Below, in pieces: positions 16,272 through 24,841 of a stretch of 32,000 nt of DNA; position 1 is the first letter of the stretch, and the number at the start of each line of letters is the position of its first letter. Source of the stretch: an uncultured archaeon (GTDB lineage Archaea > Iainarchaeota > Iainarchaeia > Iainarchaeales > DATDZZ01); NCBI GenBank assembly GCA_964373795.1, contig CAYJVY010000007.1, positions 30,001 through 62,000 on the forward strand. The letters run 5' to 3'. Both the position numbers and the translations under genes were made by a program. The notes under the pieces were generated by a model. That model worked only from the letters and a program-made list of their open reading frames with translations, had not been told where the DNA came from and made no database searches.

Positions 16272-19200
16272 TCAATTTTTTTTCTGAATTACTTTTTTTA
16301 AGTCTTCAAAAATTCTTATAGGTTTTTTTACTTTTTTTTCCTTTAACTCAAAGCTTTTTCTTTTTTGTGAATCAGTTTTTGGAGAAAGCGCTTCTAAATT
16401 AGTTTTAACTGTTTTACTCATTGATGCTGTAAACTCTGTTACTTGTTTTGGATTTGAGTAAGCATAGTATCCTCCTCCAATTACTCCAAGTATTAATGCA
16501 ATTAGAACTAATCCAAGTAAAATATCGAAGGGGTTGAATTCGGACACTGTTATTAAAGCTGTTGGATTTAAGGTTTCCTTTAATTGGTCTTTTGAAACAC
16601 TTGTTTCTTTGTTTAATAAAATTGGAGGGCTTTTGAATTTTTCTATTACTTTTTCTTCAATTAAACTTTTTTTCTTTTCTTCAGTTATTTTTTCTTTTAA
16701 AGAATAACTTACCTTAATTGTTTCCCCTGCCTTCACGTTTTCTAAATTGAATTTAATTACTGGATCGTCTTCAATTATTTCAAAATTATAATCAGATTCA
16801 ATTTGAATTGCTTTTTCAGTTAATTCTTTTGGAATTACTTCAATTAATTGAATGTTTTGATCTGCATTTGAATCGTTAGTGAAATTTAATTCAATTTGCA
16901 CTTTAAATAACGCTTTATTTTCATCGCTTACTTCGTTTAAATCAATTAAATTTAATTTTCTTGCAACATTGTTTTTTTCAAGTAATTTAACTGCTTCTTC
17001 AATTAATCCTTTGTCTTTTAAAACTTCTTCAACTAGTTTTTGAGTTAAATCTTTATTGAAGTCATAGCTTTGAGTTTTAATTACTTTTTCTTCTACTTTT
17101 GTTTTTCCTTCAATTCTTACTTTCAATGTTTTTTCCTCTATATTTTCAGCTTTATCTTTTACAATTGCTTTTAAAGTATACTCACCTGAATCCAAATTGT
17201 TTAAATTCCATGAAAACTTAAATTCATTTTTATCACTTAAAGAACTTGATCCGATTTTAGTGTTATTATAATAAAATTCAACTTCTTTTACTCCGCTTAA
17301 TGAATCAAATGCCTCTACTTTTAATTCAACAGAGTTTTTCAAACTTGCATTTATGCTAGGCGACAACCATTTAATTGAAGGCTTTTCCTTATCTAAACTG
17401 AAGTTTTTCTTTAAATTACAACTTGCCTTTGCAGAATCCAAACCAATTATGTAGAATTCTGCTTCTCCTGTGTTTTTATCTATTGAATTAATGTCTACTG
17501 TAATGCTTGCCCCGTTTAAATCTTTTTTAATTGTTAAATATTTTTCTCCAAAGAATTTTACTTGAATAGTTGTATTACTTAAACTTCCTCCGCTTGAATT
17601 CACTGTAACTGTTTTAATTCCTTGATTTAAATATTCTGGTAAATCAGTTGAAAGAGTTAAACTGCATTGAGTAATTGTTGGAGAATTATTTGATGTAGGA
17701 GTGGTTACACTTACGCTGATTTTGTCTGAAGTATTTGAAGCATTTCCTGCTTTATCAATTGCTTTAATTTTATAATAATATGTTCCGTTTGACAAGGTTT
17801 CAGTATATGAATTACTTGTTGCATCAGCTATTTTGTTTGATGAATCTGCATTGAAATCAGGGTTTGTTGACCTGTAAAGCTCGTATTTACTTATTCCACT
17901 TAAATCACTTGAAGTATTCCATGAAAGAGTTACTTTTCCGCTTGAATCACTTGAACCATTAAAGCCATCTGGAATTCCTGGAGAAGTTTTATCAATGTTT
18001 ATAGTGAAATGAGTAGTGCTTCCCCATAGAACTCCATTAAATGCTCTTATATGAAAATAATAGGTTCCATCTGCTTTTCCTGAATACGATGTGTTCAAAT
18101 TAGTTCCTTCACTTGTTTCATCTGCTGTTGTTCCACTGCTTTGATCTAATAAATATGAATAACCTGTTGCTCCGCTTACTGCACTCCAAGAAACATTTAC
18201 GTCGTTTACTGCATACCAATTTGTTTCAGTTGGATGAGTTGAACTTGAAACGCTTACATTTCCTGGGCCAGTGCAAACAATTGGAGTAGCATTTTTGTCT
18301 CCTGAATTTATTGGGCCTTCATTTCCAGCTAAATCCACTGCGCTTAGCTTGTAAAAATAATTTGTTCCATTGCCTAACGCGTTTGAATCAGTGTAAACAC
18401 AACTTGTCGAAGAACAATTATTGTGTGAAAATTTTCCTATATTTGTTTGACCATTTAAATCAACACTTGAATCAAAGTCTCTGTAAATTTTGTAATAATT
18501 AATTTTTCCTGCATCAGTATTTGGAGTCCAAGTTAATTTAATTGATGCATTGCAGGCTTCACTTAAAGTTGGAGCATTAACTGCGGCAGGCGCATTAGTG
18601 TCATTTACAGTTAAGTTTGCTGTTGAAGAAACGTTTTTGTCTTCGTTTCCAGCTAAATCAATTGCTGTTACTGCAAAATAATATTTAGTATTAAAATCTA
18701 ATCCGCTTACAGTTGAAAGAGTTGTTCCGCTTGAAATTATTTTTGTTGCAGTTAATCCTGAAACACTGGTAATGCTTGAAGTTGAATAATATATTTTGTA
18801 TTGATTTGCATCTGAAACTACACTCCAAGAAACATTTACATCTGATCCATTTGATAAATCTATTGCACTAACTCCTGTTACATCATTTGGAGCAATAGAG
18901 TCAACTGTAAAACTAAATACAGATTGAGTTGCAGAGTTTCCTGCTTTATCGTTTACATCAATTGAAACACTTATGCTTCCTTCATTGAAATCATTTGAAG
19001 GAGTAAAAGTTAATGTTCCATTTGAATAACTTATTTCACTTGAACTTGTAGTGAAATTATTTCCTGCTATTTTTACTAAAATTGTTGAAGTGTTTACGTC
19101 TGAAGTTGAATCACTTATTGAAGCAGTTATTGGAATTCTTTTATTGCTAGTGTTTAAACCATTTGCAGGAGAATTATTTGAAATTATTGGATTTAATCTG

Positions 19201-19565
19201 TCTAAAGTAATTTGAGCAGTGGCATCTTGAGTTGAATAATTTCCATCTAAATTAAATGCTCTGAAATAAACTGTTTTAAGTCCATCACTTGAGTTGCATC
19301 CAGTTGAAAGAGTTGTTAAATTAAAAGTTGTTGTTGTTGCATAGTTTTCCAATGCACTAAAATTGCTTCCATTGCAAGAGAATTGCATTTGATTTGCATC
19401 TGTTGCAAAAATATTTAATGTTACAACTGCATTTTTTGAATACACAGCGTTATTGTTAATATTTACATCTAGATTTGCTGGAATGCCTGCTTCTACTGAG
19501 GAAAGAAAAAACAGTATTAACAAAGTTAATGAAAACAGTATTTGTGCTTGTCGGATATCTATCAC
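16272..19565 (-). CDS. Giant cell-surface (S-layer-like) glycoprotein candidate: signal peptide, tandem Ig/FN3-like modules, K/E-rich stalk, C-terminal TM anchor
   Basis: 1097 aa with a GTG start. Signal peptide MIDIRQAQILFSLTLLILFFLSSVEA. S/T/N-rich ectodomain with about 35 N-x-S/T sequons (hand count). Repeated VNVSWS...Y.IY...YYF.V.AID[KL]AGN modules. Composition switches to K/E-rich after about aa 815. TM helix ILLGLVLIALILGVIGGGYYAY (aa ~1014-1036), then a Lys-rich tail. Confidence 0.85.
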   Translation of the reverse strand: MIDIRQAQILFSLTLLILFFLSSVEAGIPANLDVNINNNAVYSKNAVVTLNIFATDANQMQFSCNGSNFSALENYATTTTFNLTTLSTGCNSSDGLKTVYFRAFNLDGNYSTQDATAQITLDRLNPIISNNSPANGLNTSNKRIPITASISDSTSDVNTSTILVKIAGNNFTTSSSEISYSNGTLTFTPSNDFNEGSISVSIDVNDKAGNSATQSVFSFTVDSIAPNDVTGVSAIDLSNGSDVNVSWSVVSDANQYKIYYSTSSITSVSGLTATKIISSGTTLSTVSGLDFNTKYYFAVTAIDLAGNEDKNVSSTANLTVNDTNAPAAVNAPTLSEACNASIKLTWTPNTDAGKINYYKIYRDFDSSVDLNGQTNIGKFSHNNCSSTSCVYTDSNALGNGTNYFYKLSAVDLAGNEGPINSGDKNATPIVCTGPGNVSVSSSTHPTETNWYAVNDVNVSWSAVSGATGYSYLLDQSSGTTADETSEGTNLNTSYSGKADGTYYFHIRAFNGVLWGSTTHFTINIDKTSPGIPDGFNGSSDSSGKVTLSWNTSSDLSGISKYELYRSTNPDFNADSSNKIADATSNSYTETLSNGTYYYKIKAIDKAGNASNTSDKISVSVTTPTSNNSPTITQCSLTLSTDLPEYLNQGIKTVTVNSSGGSLSNTTIQVKFFGEKYLTIKKDLNGASITVDINSIDKNTGEAEFYIIGLDSAKASCNLKKNFSLDKEKPSIKWLSPSINASLKNSVELKVEAFDSLSGVKEVEFYYNNTKIGSSSLSDKNEFKFSWNLNNLDSGEYTLKAIVKDKAENIEEKTLKVRIEGKTKVEEKVIKTQSYDFNKDLTQKLVEEVLKDKGLIEEAVKLLEKNNVARKLNLIDLNEVSDENKALFKVQIELNFTNDSNADQNIQLIEVIPKELTEKAIQIESDYNFEIIEDDPVIKFNLENVKAGETIKVSYSLKEKITEEKKKSLIEEKVIEKFKSPPILLNKETSVSKDQLKETLNPTALITVSEFNPFDILLGLVLIALILGVIGGGYYAYSNPKQVTEFTASMSKTVKTNLEALSPKTDSQKRKSFELKEKKVKKPIRIFEDLKKVIQKKN
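17121..19208 (-). repeat. Tandem array of about six 80-100-aa beta-sandwich (FN3/Ig-like) coding modules inside the surface-protein gene
   Basis: Each module ends in a D-[KL]-A-[GE]-N motif: DKAGN aa 206-210, DLAGN 303-307, DLAGN 411-415, DKAGN 604-608, DKAEN 804-808. Several begin with V(N/T)(V/L)SW(S/N/T). The repeats are diverged at the nucleotide level and are protein-level repeats only. Confidence 0.55.
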
Positions 19566-19704
19566 CCACTAACTATAAAATTTAATGTTTAGGTTGTATT
19601 TAAATTCTTTGCAGAGCTATTTTAATTAAGTTTTAGGCTTTTTGTATTGGAGTTAAATTTTTATTTACTTTAATAGTTATTAATAATTAATTTGGAGGAT
19701 TTTT

Positions 19705-20277
19705 ATGGTTTGGCTTTTAATTGCTGCAGGTTTTTTTGGATTAATTGTTTTAGTTGTATTGTTTTTTGTCATAATTTTCAATGGATTAGTTGTTTCTCGA
19801 AACAGAATTGATAATGCTTGGAGTCAGATTGATGTTCAGTTAAAGAAAAGATTTGATTTGATTCCTAACTTGGTTGAATCAGTTAAAGCTTATATGAAGC
19901 ATGAAAGAGGTACTCTTGATCAATTGACTCAGGCTAGAACTCAGTGGCAGAATGCAAAAAACCTTCAAGAAAAAGCAGTTGCAACTGACTTGTTAACTGG
20001 AGCATTAAAATCCTTATTTGCTGTGGCAGAAAATTATCCTAATCTGAGGGCAAGTGAAACTTTTTTGTTGTTGCAACAAGATATTTCTTCTATTGAAAAC
20101 AAGATTGCTTATGCAAGACAATTTTATAACGATGCAGTTTTGTCTTATAATAATTCAATTCATACAATTCCTTCAAACATTGTAGCAATGCTATTAAATT
20201 TTAAAGAAAAAGATTACTTTGAAATCCAAGAACAAGAAAAAGAAAAATTTACAGTAGGAGAACTATTCAAAAAATAA
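19705..20277 (+). CDS. lemA: LemA family membrane protein
   Basis: 190 aa. An N-terminal TM helix, then FNGLVVSRNRIDNAWSQIDVQLKKRFDLIPNLVESVKAYMKHE, the LemA signature. GGAGGA SD upstream. Confidence 0.9.
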   Translation: MVWLLIAAGFFGLIVLVVLFFVIIFNGLVVSRNRIDNAWSQIDVQLKKRFDLIPNLVESVKAYMKHERGTLDQLTQARTQWQNAKNLQEKAVATDLLTGALKSLFAVAENYPNLRASETFLLLQQDISSIENKIAYARQFYNDAVLSYNNSIHTIPSNIVAMLLNFKEKDYFEIQEQEKEKFTVGELFKK

Positions 20278-20303
20278 TTTTTTTGAATTTTTAAGGTGAG
20301 TGT

Positions 20304-21182
20304 TTGATTTATGATGAAATTAATCATAATAAAAACATGACCTTAATTTTGTGTTCAGTTTTTTTTGTTTTTGTATTAATTTTTTTTTCAATAATTTTTG
20401 GATTGATTTTTAGATCAAGTTTTCTTGGATTATTAATTTCTTTTATCATTTCTATTTCAATGGTTTTGTTTTCATATTATTTTTCTGATTCAATTGTTTT
20501 GAAAATTTCTAATGCTAAAGAGGCTTCAAAAAAAGATTATCATTATTTGCATGAGGTTGTAGATAGTCTTTGCATTGGAATTGGTTTGCCTGTGCCAAAA
20601 AAATATGTAATTGAGGATTCTGCATTAAATGCTTTTGCCACTGGTAGAGATCAAGAGCATTCAGTTGTATGCATTACTACTGGCTTGCTTGAAAAACTTG
20701 ATAGACAAGAATTAGAAGGAGTAATTGCCCATGAATTATCTCATATAAAAAATTACGATATTAGATTGCAAACAGTTATTGTTGTTTTAGTTGGACTTGT
20801 TACTCTTGTAAGTGATTTAATTTTGAGAATGGCTTTTCGTTCTCGAGGTGGAAGAAGTGGTAAAGGAGCAGCAATTCTTTTACTTATTGGATTGCCTTTG
20901 GCTTTACTATCTCCAGTTATTGCAAACATTATTAAGTTAGCTATTTCTAGGCAAAGAGAATATTTAGCTGATGCTTCTGCTGCCTTGCTCACTAAAAACC
21001 CTGACGGATTGGCTTCTGCTTTGGAAAAAATCTCTAAAGATAAAGAAGAATTAGAAGCCGCAAACAATGCAACTGCTCATTTATTTTTTGTTAATCCTTT
21101 TAAAAATAAAAATTTTTTAACTAATTTGTTTTCAACTCATCCTCCAATTCAAGAAAGAATTGCTCGCTTGAGAAAAATTTAA
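20304..21182 (+). CDS. htpX: HtpX-like M48 zinc metalloprotease
   Basis: 292 aa. TM helices, HELSHIKNYD (HExxH), and a downstream EYLADASAA third-ligand region. TTG start with AAGGTGAG SD 4-11 nt upstream; the alternative ATG is at 20337. Confidence 0.9.
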   Translation: MIYDEINHNKNMTLILCSVFFVFVLIFFSIIFGLIFRSSFLGLLISFIISISMVLFSYYFSDSIVLKISNAKEASKKDYHYLHEVVDSLCIGIGLPVPKKYVIEDSALNAFATGRDQEHSVVCITTGLLEKLDRQELEGVIAHELSHIKNYDIRLQTVIVVLVGLVTLVSDLILRMAFRSRGGRSGKGAAILLLIGLPLALLSPVIANIIKLAISRQREYLADASAALLTKNPDGLASALEKISKDKEELEAANNATAHLFFVNPFKNKNFLTNLFSTHPPIQERIARLRKI

Positions 21183-21245
21183 TCTTTTAATTAATATTTT
21201 GAATAGTTTTTTTAATTGTTGTTGGTTAAATTTTATAGTGATTGA

Positions 21246-22091
21246 ATGAAATATTTAATTTATGGAAAGGGTTGGCTTGGAAATAAATTTAAACAATATT
21301 TTGCAGATGCTGAAATATCTTTATCAAGAGTGTTAGATTCCAAAACAATTGTACAAGAACTTAATGAAAAACAACCAAAGATAGTAATAAATTGTATTGG
21401 GATAACGGGAAACCCTAATATTGATTGGTGCGAATCTCATAAAAATGAAACCTTGTTTGGAAATGTTACAGTTCCTCTTTTACTATTAGATGCATGTCAG
21501 CAAACTAATACTCCTTTAATGCATATTGGGAGTGGATGTATTTATGAAGGAGACAATAACGGCACAGGATTTTCAGAGGAAGATCCTCCAAATTTTTTTG
21601 GAAGTTTTTATAGTCGTACAAAAATTTTGGCTGAACAAGCTCTAAAAGAGTTTCCAGTTTTACAATTGAGGTTAAGAATGCCGCTTGATTCAGTTCCTAA
21701 TAAAAAAAATTTAATTACAAAATTAGTTGGATATAAAAAAGTAATAAGTGTAAAAAACTCTATTAGTGTTATAGATGACTTGCTTTTTGCTGCAAAAAAA
21801 TTAATTGATAAAAAAAAGGTTGGAGTCTATAATGTTGTAAATCCAAACCCAATTGAGCATTCTGAAATTTTAGATTTATATAAGGAAATTGTTGATTCAA
21901 GTTTTAAATATGAAATAATGGCCTTGACTGAACTTGAAAAAATTACTAAAGCAAAAAGAAGTAATTGTGTTTTAAGTACTAGAAAGCTTGAGGGTGAGGG
22001 AATTCATTTGGATTCAACAAAGGTTGCTTTGAAAAGAATTTTTAAAGAGTACAAAAACCATTTGCAGAGTAATATTGAACTTCAAAAGTAA
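21246..22091 (+). CDS. RmlD-substrate-binding-fold reductase most like bifunctional NDP-4-keto-6-deoxyglucose 3,5-epimerase/4-reductase (NRS/ER-type L-rhamnose synthase)
   Basis: 281 aa. YLIYGKGWLGNKF, ITGNPNIDWCESHKNET, FSEEDPPNFFGSFYSRTKILAEQ and LQLRLRMPL closely parallel the plant NRS/ER (UER1) blocks as I recall them (FLIYGKTGWIGG, TGRPNVDWCESHK-ET, F-EED-PNF-GSFYS-TK, LR-RMP). Confidence 0.75.
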   Translation: MKYLIYGKGWLGNKFKQYFADAEISLSRVLDSKTIVQELNEKQPKIVINCIGITGNPNIDWCESHKNETLFGNVTVPLLLLDACQQTNTPLMHIGSGCIYEGDNNGTGFSEEDPPNFFGSFYSRTKILAEQALKEFPVLQLRLRMPLDSVPNKKNLITKLVGYKKVISVKNSISVIDDLLFAAKKLIDKKKVGVYNVVNPNPIEHSEILDLYKEIVDSSFKYEIMALTELEKITKAKRSNCVLSTRKLEGEGIHLDSTKVALKRIFKEYKNHLQSNIELQK

Positions 22092-22096
22092 CCTTA

Positions 22097-22879
22097 TTAT
22101 ATTAAAGCATTTTTTAATGCGTCTTTGCATTCACATTTTCTTTCTTTTGAAGAATGAATTCTTGGAATAATTTCTGTAATTAATTGTTTTACTTTTTCTG
22201 AATTGTTTTTCATTATTTGAATTATTTCTTCAACTGTAACAGGTTTTTCTGCAAATGAATCAAAATCTGTAACCATTGAAATATTTGCATAACAAATTTC
22301 TGCTTCTCTTGCTAAAACCGCTTCTGGAACCAAAGTCATTCCAATTATTTGAGCACTCCATGAACGAAATAAATTTGATTCAGCTTTAGTGGAAAACCTT
22401 GGTCCTTCAATGCATACATAAGTTCCTTTTTCATGAAATTTTAAATTCAATTTTTTTGCTGAATTAATTAGAGTTTTTCTTAAATCTTCACATATTGGGT
22501 GAGCAGTTGAAATATGACATACTTGGCTTCCCTCAAAAAATGTTTGCTTTCTATTAGTTGTTCTATCAATGAATTGATCTGCAAAAACAAATTCGCCTGG
22601 TTTAATGTTTTCCTGTAATGATCCAACTGCTGAAGGAGCTAAAATGAATTTTACTCCTAATTCTTTTAAAGCCCAAATATTTGCTCTATAATTTACATTT
22701 GATGGGTTGAATTGATGGTTCAAGCCATGTCTTGGAATTATTGCAATTTCTTTTCCTTCATATTTTCCTAATGTAATTAAATCGCTTGGACTTCCAAAAG
22801 GAGTGTGAACTTTTCTTTGGCTTGAATTTGTTAATAGTTTTGGATCGTATATTCCTGTTCCGCCAATTATTCCAATCAT
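22097..22879 (-). CDS. mtnP: S-methyl-5'-thioadenosine phosphorylase
   Basis: 260 aa. MIGIIGGTGIYDP, IPRHGLNHQFNPSNVNYRANIWALKELGV, GMTLVPEAVLAREAEICYA. Confidence 0.9.
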   Translation of the reverse strand: MIGIIGGTGIYDPKLLTNSSQRKVHTPFGSPSDLITLGKYEGKEIAIIPRHGLNHQFNPSNVNYRANIWALKELGVKFILAPSAVGSLQENIKPGEFVFADQFIDRTTNRKQTFFEGSQVCHISTAHPICEDLRKTLINSAKKLNLKFHEKGTYVCIEGPRFSTKAESNLFRSWSAQIIGMTLVPEAVLAREAEICYANISMVTDFDSFAEKPVTVEEIIQIMKNNSEKVKQLITEIIPRIHSSKERKCECKDALKNALI

Positions 22880-22894
22880 GTTTTTTTCACGATT

Positions 22895-23437
22895 TTATTG
22901 ATCTGGTTTTTCGTATTTAATTAAAGAGAAAATATTGTGGCCTTTGAGTTTTTTTCTACCACCAAGCCATTCTAATTCTACTAAAAAAGTTAAATTTTTT
23001 ATGTTTCCTTTTAATTTTTTCACTAGTTTTGTTGCAGCTAAAGCTGTTCCACCTGTTGCAAGTAAGTCATCCACTATTAAAACCGAGTCTCCTTTATCTA
23101 TTCCATCTTCATGGATTTCAATTGAATCAGTTCCATATTCTAATTCATATTCTTGTTTAATTGTTTTAGCTGGAAGTTTTCCGGGTTTTCGTAGAGGAAC
23201 AAAACCTGCATGTAATTCGTTTGCAAGAATTGCTCCAAAAATGAATCCTCTTGATTCAGCTGAAACAACTTTATCAAAATGCAAGTCATGTTCAATATAG
23301 TAATTAATCATTTCATTTACTACATATCTTAGAGTGTGAGCTTCTTTAAGCAAAGTAGTTATGTCATAGTATAATACTCCTTCTCTTGGAAAATCAGGAA
23401 CTTTTCTAATTTTTTGTTTTAAATCTAGTTTAGCCAT
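22895..23437 (-). CDS. apt: Adenine phosphoribosyltransferase
   Basis: MAKLDLKQKIRKVPDFPREGVLYYDITTLL and the PRPP loop VLIVDDLLATGGTALA. The ATG at 23437 is preferred over the ORF-track GTG at 23461. Confidence 0.9.
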   Translation of the reverse strand: MAKLDLKQKIRKVPDFPREGVLYYDITTLLKEAHTLRYVVNEMINYYIEHDLHFDKVVSAESRGFIFGAILANELHAGFVPLRKPGKLPAKTIKQEYELEYGTDSIEIHEDGIDKGDSVLIVDDLLATGGTALAATKLVKKLKGNIKNLTFLVELEWLGGRKKLKGHNIFSLIKYEKPDQ

Positions 23438-23479
23438 TGAATATAAATTAGTAGTTAACACTTTTAATTTTAACTGTTT

Positions 23480-24442
23480 TTAGTTTACTGTTTTTCTCCA
23501 GTAATTCAGTAAATCTTTTAACGTTTGTTCTATTGGAATTTTGGGTTTCCAATTAGTTTCTTTAACAAATTTAGAGTTGTCTCCTAAAAGTTTTGGAATT
23601 AATGCTTGTCTTAATCTTTTTTCATCAACTTTTATTTCAATTTTTTTATTGCTTAATTCTAATAATTTTTTCAATAAATCTTTCATTAAAATTCCTTTTC
23701 CTGAACAAATATTGTATGCTTCTCCTGCTTTGCATTTTTCTGCTGCAAGCCAATAAGCTTTCACCATGTCTCGAACATCGGTGAAATCCCTAACTGTTTC
23801 AAGGTTTCCTACAAAAATAATTGGTTCTTTTTTGCCTTTTTCAATTTCAACTATTTGATGACACCAATCAGAGTCAACTGTTTTAGAGTCTCTTTTAAGG
23901 CCAATGTGATTAAAAGGACGAATTCGAACAATGTTTAATTCATAGCTTTTAAAGTATTGATATCCGAGTAAATCCATTGCTGCTTTGCTTGTTCCGTATG
24001 GAGTTAAAGGCCTAAATGGCTGTGTTTCTTTTATTGGTAATTCATTGTCATAAACTAATCCATATAATTCAGGACTTGAAATTGCAATTACTTTAGTTTT
24101 ATCTGAATATTTTCTTATGCTTTCAAATAAATTAATTGCGCCATCAAAGTTTACTTGAAAGGTTTTTTTAGGGTTTTCAAAAGAATCAGGAACAAATGCA
24201 ACTGCTGCTAAATGAAAAATAATATCTGGTTGAACTTGTTTTATTACTTCGTTTAATTTTTTTTCGTCACAAATATCACATTCAAACAACTTTATTTTGT
24301 TTAAATGTTCTTCTAGTTTTTCAGTGTTTTTCTTATTTCTAATTATTCCGTGAATTTGAGTTTCTTTAACGTTTTTAATTAAAAATTCAACTAAATGACT
24401 TCCTGCAAACCCTCCAATTCCTGTAATTAAAACTTTTTGCAT
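23480..24442 (-). CDS. Extended-SDR NDP-sugar dehydratase/reductase, GDP-4-keto-6-deoxy-D-mannose reductase (Rmd)/GMD-like, paralogue A
   Basis: 320 aa. ITGIGGFAGSHL Rossmann motif, SSPELYG, YxxxK in PYGTSKAAMDL, VGNLETVRDFTDVRDMVKAYWL. The canonical NHTGPRR is degenerate here (NHIGLKR). Confidence 0.85.
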   Translation of the reverse strand: MQKVLITGIGGFAGSHLVEFLIKNVKETQIHGIIRNKKNTEKLEEHLNKIKLFECDICDEKKLNEVIKQVQPDIIFHLAAVAFVPDSFENPKKTFQVNFDGAINLFESIRKYSDKTKVIAISSPELYGLVYDNELPIKETQPFRPLTPYGTSKAAMDLLGYQYFKSYELNIVRIRPFNHIGLKRDSKTVDSDWCHQIVEIEKGKKEPIIFVGNLETVRDFTDVRDMVKAYWLAAEKCKAGEAYNICSGKGILMKDLLKKLLELSNKKIEIKVDEKRLRQALIPKLLGDNSKFVKETNWKPKIPIEQTLKDLLNYWRKTVN

Positions 24443-24529
24443 TCAAATCCATTCTCTAAAAATTGCTTCTAATATATCTTAATTGTTCTTATTAATATTT
24501 TTAAACTATTCTAAGTTTATTTTAAGTGA

Positions 24530-24841
24530 ATGGCTGAGTCAAAATTTTCTGCAATAAACAAATGTAGGTCGTGTGGATCGGAAAATTTAGAGTTTGTTTT
24601 ATCTCTTGGAACTCAATTTGTTTCTGCTTTTGTTGATTCAAATTAAATGGGGAAAAAAACTGTGGGAACTTTAATTCCAATTATTTCTGAAGAACAAGCA
24701 AGAAAAGACAAGCCGAATTATTTTCTTATATTGCCTTGGCATTTTTTGAAAGAATTTAAAGAACGAGAAAAAGATTTCTTGAATTCAGGCGGAAAATTTA
24801 TTGTTCCTCTTCCTGAGTTTAAAATTATTTCTTCTCAATAA
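24530..24841 (+). pseudogene. Remnant of an NDP-sugar C-methyltransferase-type gene: N-terminal Zn-ribbon and C-terminal domain only, joined in frame across a TAA, with the SAM-MTase core missing
   Basis: 24530-24646 encodes MAESKFSAINKCRSCGSENLEFVLSLGTQFVSAFVDSN-stop (CxxCGS...L..VL.LG.Q, the Methyltransf_13-like zinc-binding N-terminus). The next codon (24647), in the same frame, starts MGKKTVGTLIPIISEEQARKDKPNYFLILPWHFLKEFKEREKDFLNSGGKFIVPLPEFKII (Methyltransf_14-like C-terminal tail). Intact homologues as I recall them are about 400 aa. Confidence 0.65.

Noticed and set aside
16272-19565. Diversity-generating retroelement target or hypervariable region in the surface-protein gene.
   Set aside because: There is no reverse transcriptase and no template/variable repeat pair that I could see. 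The C-terminus is a TM anchor rather than a C-type-lectin variable region.
24644-24646. In-frame TAA between the two methyltransferase fragments as evidence of stop-codon reassignment or readthrough.
   Set aside because: TAA terminates many well-supported genes here (for example TauE and carB), and no other gene needs readthrough. Even if read through, the product would lack the whole SAM-binding core.
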